A DNA stretch of 64,000 nt from Candidatus Altimarinota bacterium (GCA_043771825.1 JAYVGV010000037.1:14130-78129), one strand, 5' to 3'; shown: positions 47,532 to 59,916, numbered from the stretch's first letter. Numbers and translations: made by a program. The notes: generated by a model not told the origin, from the letters alone.

Positions 47532-47541
47532 TCATGTACAC

Positions 47542-49347
47542 TTATCTTCATATTTTTTTCCGTGCGAATTTTTCTCTTATGCGTCTTGCTTCTGCGGCTC
47601 AAAGTTTTTCTTCGAGAACCATATTCATCTCTCATTCGGCATCGAAGAGAGACATATCTAGAGATATTCATTTCTCTTTTTTATAGCGATAGTCTTCGTA
47701 GTTTCCATAAGAGAGAGTGAGCTCACTCTCTTCTATAATCCAGAGTTTATTCGCGAGCTTATTTACGAAGTATCGATCATGAGAGATAAAAAGTATGGAT
47801 CCCTCATATACTTGTAGTGATTTTTCGAGTGCTTCGCGAGTATCATAATCAAGATGATTCGTCGGCTCATCGAGGATAAGAAGATGGTAGGGTTTTTGGC
47901 CCAGTAGAGCAAATAAAAGACGAGATCGCTCTCCTCATGAGAGTCCAGATACTTTTCTCTCACCGTCATGATATCAGAACCCATATGACTTGAGTATAGA
48001 GCCAATCCGCTCTTTCGAATAGATGAGTCCATGAGAGATGAAGTTCTCTTCTATGGAGCTTCAAGGAGAGAGGGATTCATGCATTTGAGAGTAGTATCAT
48101 ATCCGTATCGTTTTTGCTATACTCAGATATCATTCGAGGATTTTGAGCTTCGGTGTCATCATTGGATGTGGGAAATCTTGCTTATCTTTTTCGTCTAGTA
48201 TGTCCCTTTTCATCGACATGACAGGAATTTCATCATCTGGGAGGCTTGAGAGGATTGTTTTGATAAAAGTACTTTTTCACACACCATTTTCTCCTATGAT
48301 ACCGATCCGCTCATGATTCCCGAGAGTAGCATTTCGAATATAAAAAAGGGGATCATCCCGGCCGATAAAAGCATCCTCAATTTTTATGAGTGTCTCAGGT
48401 GATCTCTCTTTTGGGAGATCAAATGAGAACTTGATTTCATCAGGAATGAGAGGTTTTTCTATGAGTTCTATACGTTCTAGCATTTTTTCTCGACTTTTCG
48501 CGAATCCTGCACGTGATCCTGCACGAAATCGGTTGATAAGACTTTTTTCACATTCCATCATCGTCTGCTGTTCCTCATAGTCCTTAGCTGATATGCTTCT
48601 CTTATGGAGCTTATCTTCCACAGAATCAGAATAATCACCTACAAAAATGTCTATCCCATTTGGACCATTGATTTCTATCACTTTCGATACAGTCTGATCG
48701 AGAAACTCTCTGTCATGTGATACGATCATGTAGCCTCATTTCCATGTTTCTTTTAGGTACTTTTCGAGCCATTCTACACTTGATAGATCTATAAAATTTG
48801 TCGGTTCATCAAGGAGGAGAAATTCTGGTTTTGAGAGCAGTGTTTTTGCAAGCGCTATCTTCGTCCTCTCTCATCCAGATACTGCTTCAAGAGTACGATC
48901 AAGGAGATGGAATATGCCTATACCCCGAGCAACTTTCTCTATCTCACCATTATAGGTATATCCTCCTATCATTTTATATTTTTCTATTGCTTCTGTGTAT
49001 GCCTCATACTCTCATGTTTCTTCGAGGATTTTCTCTTCTTTCTGGATTATTTGTTCCAGGATGCGTATATCGATATAAGCATCTTGAAGCTCATTTTGTA
49101 CGCTTTTTTCTTCATCCATGAAGTGTATCTGTTCGAGATACCCGAGAGTCATATTTCCGATATTCTCGATAGTTCCAGTATATTCAGTGATACGTCCTGA
49201 TACTACTCGGAGAAATGTCGATTTTCCCACACCGTTGGGTCATACGATAGCTATACGGTCAGTTGCATTGATGATCGTATGGATATTACCTATGATAGCT
49301 TCACCGTCGACTTCATAGGTATCGATATTGATATTGAGATGTTTCAT
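47542..49347 (-). CDS. ABC-F family ATPase (translation-factor type, two ABC domains)
   Basis: ATG 49347 (internal M of track ORF 49240..49482). Track ORFs 49012..49230 and 48277..48729 are in the same frame. Walker A IV[TGA]PNGVGKST, signature LSG[TGA]ERTKIALA, LLLDEPTN. Second domain GIIGENGVGKST..., LSGGERSRLLFA, LILDEPTNHLD. TAA 47542-47544. Confidence 0.9.
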
Positions 49348-49498
49348 AGAAGTATTGAGAGAGTTCTTACATGCTATTCTAGGGAGAAATAAGAAAAAAT
49401 GAAAAAATTTTTGACTTTCCCCCATACTTTCATAATATGCTCTTCGTTCTTCGATGAGTATTCTTCTAAAAACACTCATCACGAGTACATGTATATAT

Positions 49499-49573
49499 TC
49501 CCCGATAGCTCAGCGGTAGAGCAACCGGCTGTTAACCGGTAGGTCGTAGGTTCGAATCCCACTCGGGGAGCCA
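49499..49573 (+). tRNA. tRNA-Asn (GTT anticodon), CCA encoded
   Basis: Cloverleaf: acceptor TCCCCGA/TCGGGGA, D-arm GCTC-AGCGGTA-GAGC, anticodon arm ACCGG-CTGTTAA-CCGGT, T-loop TTCGAAT, 3' GCCA. A TTGACT element at 49411-49416 may be its promoter. Confidence 0.9.
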
Positions 49574-49590
49574 TTTTCAACTTTCAGCAC

Positions 49591-49624
49591 AAAAGAGCAG
49601 TTCACTGAACGGCTCTTTTGTTTT
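49591..49624. terminator. bidirectional terminator shared by tRNA-Asn and hsdR
   Basis: AAAAGAGC-AGTTCACTGAACG-GCTCTTTTGTTTT hairpin. Overlaps the hsdR stop codon (49623-49625). Confidence 0.55.
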
Positions 49625-52574
49625 ATAGTTTTTCCTTGAGTTTCTCAGTTACCATCTTATCGAGATACCTGATGAGGTGATCTTGGAAGTCACCATTGTC
49701 ATGATAGTTATTATAAAATTCCAGATGATCATCGACATTGATAGTGAGCTTTTCATCGAGGAGTTTCTTGAATTCGAGTTTCCTATTCGCCCTATCTGTC
49801 TGAAGTGAGTCGATCATTCGCGGATCTCATACGATCTCATCAGAAATATCAGAAATCATTTTTTTGACACTATCCTCACTACTGAAGTTGGTTCCAAATC
49901 GGGTATTGAACTCAGTGACGATATGTTCGAGAATATCTGAGGGAGCATCACCTCCAGAGCCTTTCAGAGTTGTCGGCATAGGCTCTATCTCACTATCTTC
50001 AGCAAGACTGATCCGAGCGTTTGAGGTCAATTTCTCATTGCGATAGGATCCAACCTCTATGGCACCCAGTACATCTTGACTTATCATGGTCTCTTTTGAC
50101 CCGAGTTCGATGATTTTCTTGTTCAGGATCTTCAGAAATTGATGCAACTCTTCGAATTCAACTACTTCATAGTTCACTATTTGTGATATAAAACTATAAA
50201 ACTTCGTATATGATTTTGCTTTATCCTTGAAGTCATCGATTTGGTCGACTGGGAGCTTGCGGAGATTTTCGACGACACTATCGAGTAGGGCGTGGAGCCT
50301 CTCGACTGGCACTCAGCTGAGTATATCTGTGGCAAATTTGTTCACGACATAGGTATCGTATACGCCGAAGGCATCGAGAGTATCCTTGAGATCGTGGAGC
50401 TTGTTTGGATCACTTGCTTTGGAGAGTATCGTAGTCTTGTAGTACGGCTCAAATGAAGACTGAATATCATCCTCAGTATTATAGAAATCCAATACAAAAG
50501 TACTCTCCTTATCCTTGTGAATACGATTGAGTCGTGAGAGTGTCTGTACGGCATTGACTCATCCGAGCTTCTTATCGACATACATCGTCTGGAGGAGTGG
50601 CTGATCGAATCCTGTTTGGAATTTGTTGGCACATATGAGTATCTGATAACTGCCATTTTCGAACTCATCAGGGATCTTACTGGAGCTGAATTTATTGATA
50701 TTTGACTCATTCCAATCAGTGCCATCGAGATTCACATCTCCAGAAAAAGCCACGATGACAGCGAGCGGGAGATCTTTTTGCTTGATAATCTGCTTGAATG
50801 CGAATCCATACTTCACCGCACTCTTGCGACTTCCACATACGACCATCGCCTTTGCTTTGCCTCCCACAAGTCACTTGAGATATACCTGATGATAAAAATG
50901 ATCGAGCATCACCTCAGCCTTGATCTCTATCGTTGCACTATGTGTCTCTACGAACCCTTTGATTTGCCTATTCGCTCTTTTTTTATCATATTCTCGATCC
51001 TTATCTCCTGTGATAGCGAGCTCATAGTAGCTCTTGTAGGTGGTGTAATTGCGTAGGACATCGAGGATGAATCCTTCTTCTATAGCCTGTTTCATTGTAT
51101 AGTTGTGGTAGGCTCGATATTTGCCGTCTTCTCATCTCACTCCGAATATCTCCAAGGTTTTGTTCTTTGGAGTCGCTGTGAAGGCAAAATAACTCGCATT
51201 CGGGAGCATCTTGCATGCCTGAAGAGTATCGAGAACTATATCTTCATCCGTCATCGGATCTGTAGTATCATCATCAGTTGTACTCATCGTCTCATTCATC
51301 TTCCCTATGGTCTCTCAGCTCGTACTGGAGTGAGCCTCATCGATGATGATGGCGAATTTCTGTCCAGAGAGTTCACCTATAGTATCGACTATCATCGGGA
51401 ATTTTTGTATCGTGGTGATGATGATCCTCTTGCCACTTTCGAGAGCTTCTTTGAGTTGTTTGCTCCCATCGGTGATCGCCTCTACGAGTCCACGAGTATG
51501 ATCGAATCCGCTCACTGTATCTCGGAGCTGTTTATCGAGTACCTGACGATCCGTGATGATGAGGATACTATCGAACACATTGGTCTTGCCATCTTCCCGA
51601 TAGAGTCCTGCGAGAGAGTGAGCGAGCCATCCGATAGAGTTACTCTTGCCACTTCCTGCACTATGTTGGATGAGATATTTTTGACCTGTTCCTTTTTCTC
51701 TGGAGTCTTGCAACAACTGATTCACGACAGTGAGCTGATGATAGCGAGGGAATATCAGCTTCCTGACTTTTTTATCTCACTTTTTCTCTACGATGACCTG
51801 AGCAAAGTCTCGGATCAGTTTCGAGAGATTCGACTTGGTGAGGATCTCTTGCCACATATAACTCGTACGCATCCCATCTGCGACAGGGGGATTCCCCGCT
51901 CACTCATCGAATCATCGATTGAACGGGAGAAACCAAGTCTTGTCATCCTCAAGACGAGTCGTCATATAGACGAGCTCTGTATCCATAGCAAAGTGAACCA
52001 GGCATCTCTCGAATCTGAAGAGTTCCTCTCGACTACTACGATCCGTCTTGTATTGGTCGATAGCATCCTTCACTGTCTGTCCTGTGAGGAGATTTTTGAG
52101 CTCCAGAGTGACGATAGGGAGTCCATTGATGAGGAGTACCATATCGACAGACTTGTTATTCTGAAGGCTAAAAAATAACTGACGAGTGACAGTGAAACTA
52201 TTGGCTTCCCAGAGAGTCGCAAGATCCGCATTGAGGGATGAGTTCGGCTCAAAGCAAAAGAGCATAATATGCGAATCACGATCCTTGACTCACTTTCGCA
52301 TCACATTGATGATTCCTTTTTCTGTGATCTCTTTCTGCACTCGCTGGAGGAATCGGATCTGATAATCCTCTCCATAGTTGACTCGGAGTTTCTCGACTTC
52401 TCGTGGCTGTGTCCGCTCGATGAAGTCCCAAAATGCTACGAGATCGATACACTCCTTGCGATCATAGTGACCCAAGTGATCTCCACTATAGAACTTCTGG
52501 ACGAATCCGTTGCTCTCTATGAGCGTGTCTGTAAAAAGTTGTTCGAATCCTGATTCGCGAATATTGGTAGACAT
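49623..52574 (-). CDS. hsdR: type I restriction enzyme, R (helicase/nuclease) subunit
   Basis: Seven track ORFs (52290..52574 down to 49623..49817) are in one frame joined by TGAs; I checked the gaps. Motifs: QHSAGSGKSNSIGWLA, IIIDEAHSSTSG (DEAH box), FAFTATP, ANKFQTGFDQPLL. 983 aa, TAA 49623-49625. Confidence 0.92.
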
Positions 52575-52591
52575 AAGTTTGAATAATTAGT

Positions 52592-53017
52592 TTATTGGAG
52601 TAGGTCAATAATCTTGAGTTGAAGACTTTCGTTATAGGAATCTTCATAAATAATTGAAGTGATTATTTCCAATAGATTATCTTGATTTATTTTATTATCT
52701 GCTACTGCTACGGCTATATTTTCCATTTCACAGATGAATTTTTCTACACAATAATCATAGCCATTTATCTCCAGAAAATATGCACCAAGAACAATCGATG
52801 ATCTTTTATTTGCATCTTCAAAGGCGTGGTTTTTATTTACAGAAAAAACAAGCTTGGTAAGCTTCTCCTCAAAACTAGGGTAGTAGTCATCATTTTGTAG
52901 CGTAGATAATGCAGATTCCAGATTTCAAATTTCTTTTACTCCTGGTAGTCATCAGCTTATCTCAAGAATCTTATCGTGTTCCCTGATTGCGTGAGTAATG
53001 TCGAAATAAATAGTCAT
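52592..53017 (-). CDS. doc: Doc-type Fic-domain toxin (death-on-curing family)
   Basis: ATG 53017 to TAA 52592-52594 (141 aa). ILEISGGLPGVKEIGNLESALSTLQ followed by NKNHAFEDANKRSS, which fits the Doc motif HxFx[DN][AG]NKR. Three in-frame TGAs, all plausible Gly. Confidence 0.8.
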
Positions 53018-53020
53018 ATT

Positions 53021-54025
53021 TTATCTATCTTTAAGGCGAATAAATACATCTTTATGTTCTTCTATTCTTTCTTCTAAGGTTTTACTCCTTTCTCAGAGAA
53101 ACTTCTCAAAGTCATCTCTTGGTATCGCTCGTATATATTCAGCAAGCTTCTCGTGTAGAGCATCACGGAAATGTATGTCTCTACTTGCCATTTTCATCCT
53201 TGCAGTTTCCAAGTAAGGCATTTGTGACGGATGATTTGAAAATTCTTCAAATATTCTATCTACTTCTTTTGGGGTAAGTCTTCTCTTTTGCTTCTCTGAC
53301 TCTTTTTTGAGTTCATACGCAAGACCAGTCTCATAAGATGATATTGTTGTGAGAACTTCACTATACATAGTTTCTCTCAGATTTTCTTTTTCAGAAAGTC
53401 GCAAGATAGCTTTATATTCACTGGCATCTTCCCGAAAAATACTTTCATAAATTCGATTTGTATAGATCGCATATTTTATGTTACCCATAGCCACATAATG
53501 ATCGAGAGCATCTGTAAATTCTTTTCTACACGAATGATCTCTTACGGCTGCTATGAGATAATCCTCCTCTCTTTGATTTATATACTTTGTGTTTCATCCT
53601 ACCTTTTCATAAATTGTATCGAGGACAATATCCAGCATTATCTTTCTCATCTCTCTTGCTCTTTCGCTTTCTACGAGGAGCATTCAGATATTGAGAAATG
53701 ATCGAAAATCAAACAATCATAGTACTGTGGTTTTGGTAGCGACATCAATGTCGGGACCAAACAGGTTTTTCGCATCAGAAAGCCTTTTCCCCGTAAGGAT
53801 TTCATACCCATTTTTGCGAAGTTCACCATCGTTTTGCTCCAGGTATCGCTCCAATGTTCGCTCATCTACTTCATAGAAGTCAGCGACTTGTTTTTTGGTA
53901 AATCGGTATGATCCTTCAAAGAGAATACCCATAATACCTATATGTTCTTGGATTTTTTCCAGAGCATAAGTATTATTGAGGATATTTGCACGGTCGATGC
54001 GGGAGTTCGTAAGATCTCGGTTCAT
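53021..54025 (-). CDS. HTH-containing protein upstream of doc (334 aa; antitoxin position, function unknown)
   Basis: Track ORFs 53717..54025 and 53093..53494 share a frame joined by TGAs. TAA 53021-53023, 3 nt before the doc ATG. N-terminal FTKKQVADFYEVDERTLERYLEQNDGELRKNGYEIL is HTH-like. Family not recognised with confidence. Confidence 0.6.
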
Positions 54026-54041
54026 ATAAATAATGCAAAGG

Positions 54042-55337
54042 TTATGAGATAGAGAGCTTGCCTGTCACTGCCTGATAGATGAGGCTGGTACGATATTCTT
54101 CGATGAGAGTGATTTCTTGTTCTATTTTATATATGGCAGAATCAATTTGAAAGGCTTCCTTTTTAATATATTCCACAATCGATTCTTGAGTTATGATAGA
54201 GGGAAGAATAAAGTAAGAGTTTTCAAATTCAGTTGTTGATAATTCTTGGAAAGTTGTTCATTTTCATAAACTTTGCAAGTATTCGTTATATGCAATAAAA
54301 TGAAAATATACATATTGATATATCACTCTTGAATTAACAATAAAAGCTTTGCATCCTTGATTTGTACACATATCTTTGGTAGTTATACCAAGCGATCATA
54401 TAGGTGCCCTACAACTCAAAATGATTGAATTCTTAGGTACAATAGTAGTACCACAATTTTCTAATCAAAGTTTTGTAATTTTTCGTCCTGATTGATACAA
54501 ATTTGGATCATCTGAATTTCCTAAATCCGTTGGAGTTATCCAATCAATATCTCAATCCCAATAATCTTTTTCTGAACTTGAAGGAGTGGATCAATTGATA
54601 ATTTTCCCAGTATATTTTAGTTTTAAAATTTCCCAATCCTCAGGAATCTCTCAGATCCACGGGATTTCACTATCTTTCATCTTCGCATTCTTATCTATTC
54701 CTTTCGTGACAGCTTGGTGGATGATAGATTGTTTTTGCTCTTTGAGGAGGTCGATGAGCTTTTTCTTGTTCGATATGAGAGTCGATATTTTCTCAGTTTT
54801 TGCGTCGAGGAAGTGGGCGATGGTGGATTGGATGAGGAGAGGTGGAGAAATAATCAGTCCGTTATCGATACTGAATTGATTGAAAATTTTTGCACCATAT
54901 ATATTCTCATTTGCATTGCTGTCAAAATAAGATTGCAGTGCGTAGTACCAAAAATCAAGATTGAGTCAATCTCTTGGTAATATTGCGAGTATTGCCTCAT
55001 TGGTGTAGGTATCCTCTGAGACGAATGCAAGTTGTCAGACTGATAGTTTGAAACTATAGAGAAGACTTCATCTTGGAACTATTCGCATATTTTTCTCCTT
55101 GATAGCAAGAGCAGATATTTTATTCTTTGATTCTCCTGTATATCTTCCACTCATATCAGAAATAGTGATCCAGTTGTATCCATTTTCATCATAGTACGAT
55201 CCCTTTCAGCTATCTGGAGTTCCTCCAGTTACATACTTGAAAACAAATTTCAATTTCTTCACTTCCCAATCCTCAGGTATCTCTCAGATCCAAGGAATAT
55301 TTGTTTTTTTGAGGGATGTTTTAGGAGAGTGGGTCAT
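54042..55337 (-). CDS. hsdS: type I restriction-modification specificity subunit
   Basis: ATG 55337 to TAA 54042-54044 (431 aa). I read every line: about 17 TGAs and no TAA/TAG, which is why the track shows nothing here. Duplicated IPWIGEIPEDWE[VI] at the start of each target-recognition half. TNQGCKAF. C-terminal EEYRTSLIYQAVTGKL. Confidence 0.88.
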
Positions 55338-55342
55338 AGTGA

Positions 55343-56194
55343 TTATTGAGCAAGTTGTTTGATATGTTGTATAGAGAGATTTTTTTCGAGTGTGATTTTT
55401 TGCTGTTCTGCGATTTCCGAGAGGATACCTGCGCGTTCTTCTTTTGTTTTCCCTTCATCGATAAATCGAGCATTGAGCGTCTCCATATTCGAGAGGATGA
55501 TGAGATCAGTGATGTCTGCTATATCTCGCATATTGAGTCATTGTTTTGCCTCTGTTTCATTTTCCTCCTCCCATTGTTTAGCAGTTTTCCCCCAGAGTAT
55601 CATATTGAGCATATCTGCTTCGTTCGCATATATGAGACCCTCTTGCCATTGTTTGAGATTTTTCCCTTCGAGTTTCTTTGCTATCGCATGAGTATGGATA
55701 CGATAATTTGTTTTGGAGAGGCTTCTTTTTATCTGCCATTCGAGAGATTGAGTCGTGGTTTTTTCGAGCTCTTTGAGTCTCTGAAATTCTTTGATGAGAT
55801 AGAGCTTGAACTGTGGAGAGAGCCATGTAGCAAACTCCATTGCGATATCCTTGTGAGCAAAAGTACCACCGTATCTTCCTGCACTCGATCGAATACCGAT
55901 AGCATTGACAGCATTGATCCATCGTGACGATGATACGACAAAACCATTGGTTCCAACTTCATTTTTAATCTTACTGAATTCCGTAAGATTAAAATCGGGA
56001 TTATATATTTCTTCCCAAGTTCATAAAAACTCAACAGTATACTTGGTTGTGAGCCAATGAGCGATAATGAGACCAGTATCTTCTCATTTGAATCGAGCCA
56101 TATCAGTGAGACAAATGAAATCGTCGTCATTCTTTCCGATATTTATATGTATCGAAATATCTTTCACTTGTACGATTTTTATTGCTTTTGTCAT
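55343..56194 (-). CDS. KilA-N domain-containing protein
   Basis: ATG 56194 to TAA 55343-55345, includes track ORFs 55538..55840 and 55343..55531. DDFICLTDMARFKGEDTGLIIAHWL...AGRYGGTFAHKDIAMEFATWLSPQFKLYLIKEFQRLKE is a typical KilA-N signature. Confidence 0.75.
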
Positions 56195-56208
56195 ATATCA
56201 TGGAAAAA

Positions 56209-57951
56209 TTAAGAGATAATATCTCGGAGAACTCCCTCTGTTTCTTCTTCGAGAGCGAGTATATCTTTCGTGATGTCTTCGAGACTTCGGGGTGGAGTAT
56301 ATTCGTAGAAGTATTTATTGAAGTTGATCTCATATCATACCTTCGCTTCCTTGTCACTGATCCACGCATCGGGGGCAAATGGGAGGACTTCTCGTGCGAA
56401 GTATGTCCCTATATCTTCTTTGAGTGGGATATTTTCCTTGTCTCGGAGATCTGCATCTGGTTCTGGTTTTCACTTTTTGCTGATGACATTGCCTCCCTCA
56501 TCTCGACGAGGTCGTTCGACAACGACCTGAGTGTATCCGAAGTCTTCATTATCGAATACCATAGAGTATTCTGAATCAGTGAATGTATCAAATAGTGAGT
56601 ATATCTCTTGGATATGTTTATCTCGTATTTCACTTCTCTTCTTTCCGAGGCTCTTCGTCATCCGCGAATAGAACTCGCTACTTGTTGCATTGATGAGCTG
56701 GATTTTTCATTTTTTGTGAGCGGGTTTGCGGTTGGTCAGTATCCAGATATATGTCCCGATACCTGTATTGTAGAAGAGCTCTTTCGGAAGTGCGATGATG
56801 GCTTCGAGATAGTCATTCTCGATGATATGACGACGGATCTCACTCTCACCACTTCCTGCATCTCCAGTAAAGAGAGCAGAGCCATTGTGCACTGAAGCAA
56901 TACGAGTTCCGAGAGGTGTATCGTGCTTCATCTTCGAGAGCATATGGAGGACAAAGAGGAGTTGTCCATCATTGATACGAGGAGTTCCGACTGAGAATCG
57001 TGGATCGAGGATTTCTTTTTTCTTCCCATTGGCGAGCTTGTCTTCATCGGTTTTCCAGGACTTACCGTAGGGAGGATTGGTCAGGATGAAGTCGAACCTA
57101 TCATCAGGGAATCCGTCGTTCGAGAGTGTAGAGCCAAATGCAACCTGATTATCTCGTTCTCACTTGAGGAGCATATCTGCCTTACAGAGAGCATATGTCT
57201 CAGGATTGATCTCTTGTCCAAATGTGAATATATTGGCAGTTGAGTGGATCATACTCTCATCTCATTGGATGAATTCTTTGGCAACGGAGAGCATACCCCC
57301 ACTTCCGACACACGGGTCATAGATAGAGAGTGGCTTATTTTTTATCTGATCTTGCACTGGGAGGAATAGGAGATTGGTCATTAGTCGGATCACTTCACGA
57401 GGTGTGAAGTGCTCTCAGGCTTCTTCGTTGTTTTGTTCATTGAACTTGCGTATTAGCTCTTCGAATACATATCCCATATCGTGATTGGAGAGATTTTTCG
57501 GAGAGAGCTTATCGCTGGCATCAGAGAACTTCTGGATCAATGCGAAAAGAATATCTGACTCTTCGAGCGTCTGGATCTGATTTTCGAATTTGAATTTCTG
57601 GAGTATATCTTGGATATTGGAGCTATATCCATTCAGATACTGCTTGAAATTGGATCTCAGATTGGGTGCATCCAAGAGAAGAGTCTTGAGTGTGAATGGG
57701 GAAGTATTATAAAAAGCATATCCCGTAGCTCGTTCGAGAATCGGCTCGATATTGGTGATCTTATTTTTGAACTTCTCATTTTCAGCAAGTACCTTGTCTT
57801 TGGTATCGATGAGCTCACTATCGATGCGAGTGAGGACAGTCATCGGGAGTATGACATCACGATACTTTCATTTTACATATATATCTCTGAGAATATCATC
57901 AGCCACTTGCCAGATGAAATTCACTATAGTCGAATTGTTCTGAGAGGTCAT
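56209..57951 (-). CDS. hsdM: type I restriction-modification N6-adenine DNA methyltransferase subunit
   Basis: ATG 57951. Track ORFs 57415..57843, 56707..56943 and 56470..56661 are in one frame joined by TGAs. Motifs: NFIWQVADDILRD, GEHFTPREVIRLM, YDPVCGSGGML, FILTNPPYG. TAA 56209-56211. Confidence 0.92.
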
Positions 57952-58254
57952 AAAAAACAGGTAATAGAGATAGTGGATGAGAATTAAAGTATTGAACATC
58001 TCCTTACTTACAATTTTATCATCTGAAATTTGTGAAAGTATATAGATATTACGATTTTCTCCAAGCTCTATTTTGGCTATAGAGAGATATACGAGAGTTC
58101 TTTTCCTTGAAATCGATACCCTTCTTTATATACTACATTTTGTAAAAGCTCCTTCACTCATCGATGAGTCTCGAATAATCTTCCAAGATTCGTGATGTCA
58201 TCCCTATATTTCGTTCGAAATAGATCTGCAAGGGGGTGCCATAGGTTTTAAGCC

Positions 58255-58281
58255 AAAAAACGCATAAAGATGCGTTTTTTT
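58255..58281. terminator. strong hairpin with flanking A/T runs in the hsdM-metG divergent spacer
   Basis: AAAAAA-CGCAT-AAAG-ATGCG-TTTTTTT. Confidence 0.5.
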
Positions 58282-58366
58282 AATACGAGTCCAGAATTCA
58301 AATAAATTTATCTCCATAAGTACATTTGTTTTTCTTATAAGTCCAGCTATACTAGCTCAAATATAT

Positions 58367-59869
58367 ATGCTTATGTCATCACAATTTTTCATCACTACAC
58401 CCATCTATTATTCGAATGGTATACCCCATATTGGACATGCCTATTCTTCTCTTCTTGCTGATATTCTTGCGGCTTATAATCGCTTAGAAGGCAAAGAAAT
58501 CAAATTTTCTACAGGAGTCGATGAGAATTCTCAGAAAGTCGTGGAGTCTGCACAGACACAAGGTATGGAGACGATGGTGTATGCGGATATGATGGCAGAG
58601 AAGCACAGAGCTGTCTGGGATGGTATAGGTATACGGTATACTGACTTTATCCGTACTACAGAGTCACGTCATCAGACATTGGTCCAGCAAGTCTTACAGA
58701 AATCATTCGATGCGGGAGATATATATGAAGGAGTATACGAGGGGATGTATTGTGTGGGATGTGAAGCTTTTAAGAAAGCGACAGATCTGATAGAAAAAGA
58801 TGGAACAATGATATGTTTAGATCATCCAAATAAGTCACTTGAGCATTTGAAAGAGAAGAATTATTTTTTCAAACTCTCGAAATATCGAGATCGACTTCTC
58901 GAATTTTATGAGACTCATCCTGATTTTATCACCCCACATAGCCGCTATGCTGAAGTCCGAGAATTTGTGAAAGCAGGACTCGATGATTTTTCTATATCTC
59001 GGGAGACTAATAAGTTTGGTATACCACTCCCATTTGATCCAGCTCAGGTGACCTATGTCTGGTATGATGCGCTTTTTAATTATATCACGGTCTGTCTTGG
59101 TGAGGAGGAAAAATGGTGGCCAGCTGATCTTCATGTGATTGGAAAAGATATCGTGCGCTTTCATGCTATTTATTGGCCAGCCATGCTCTGGAGTGCTGGA
59201 TATGAAGCTCCAAAACAACTTCTCGTGACGGGACACTTTACTGTCGATGGACAGAAAATGTCGAAGACTATAGGGAATGTCATAGATCCAGTAGAATATA
59301 TAGAGACATATAGTCGGGATATGCTGATACTCTACCTCTTTAGTGCTTTTCCTATCGGTGAAGATGGAGACTTCGATCGGAGTGAGGCAATCCTCCAGTA
59401 CAATGCAAAACTCTCGAATAATCTCTGAAATCTACTAAATCGCTCTCTCACTCTCGCACTGAAGCTTGAGGGAGGAAAAGTATGATCGTATGAGGAATCT
59501 ACTATATCAGGGAAGCGAGATGACTATATATCGAAGTATATGTGGTATATGAAGATGTATGATCTCAAATGAGCACTTGATTCGAGCTTTGCTTTCGCCA
59601 CAGAGCTCAATCAATATATCGATATGATAAAACCATGGAAACTTGATCCATCTCTTCCTGAAGAACGTATCATCCTCGATCAAACACTCTCGACCATCAT
59701 GATATGACTTGCTTATATCGGGTATAATCTCTCTCCATTTTTCGAGACAAAAATGAAAGAAATGCTCGATCGTATCGGAGTAGGGAAGTGATGGGAGGTT
59801 GCTTATGGATTCATCGTGAGTGAGAAATGAGAGCCACTCTATATGAGGCTTGATATAAAAAAAGAATAA
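58367..59869 (+). CDS. metG: methionine--tRNA ligase (short form)
   Basis: Track ORF 58367..59428 continues through a TGA (59426-59428, giving LSNNLGNLLNR) and five more TGAs to TAA 59867-59869. Motifs: TTPIYYSNGIPHIGHAY, KMSKTIGN. Confidence 0.93.
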
Positions 59870-59916
59870 TTTTCGGTCACTTGGAGAGCCTTATAATCAA
59901 CCAACCTCTTTCCTTT

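Noticed and set aside
51105-52178. 357-aa track ORF on the plus strand.
   Set aside because: It is antisense to hsdR, whose helicase motifs are unambiguous on the reverse strand. The same reasoning applies to 55346..55927(+) opposite the KilA-N gene and to 34287..34634(+) and 33987..34223(+) near the valS tail.
49499-58300. tRNA-Asn-flanked R-M block as an integrated island with att repeats.
   Set aside because: I could not find a copy of the tRNA 3' end (GGTTCGAATCCCACTCGGGGA) or any integrase gene at the far side (57950-58360). Island status therefore remains only a weak suggestion, mentioned under the R-M finding.
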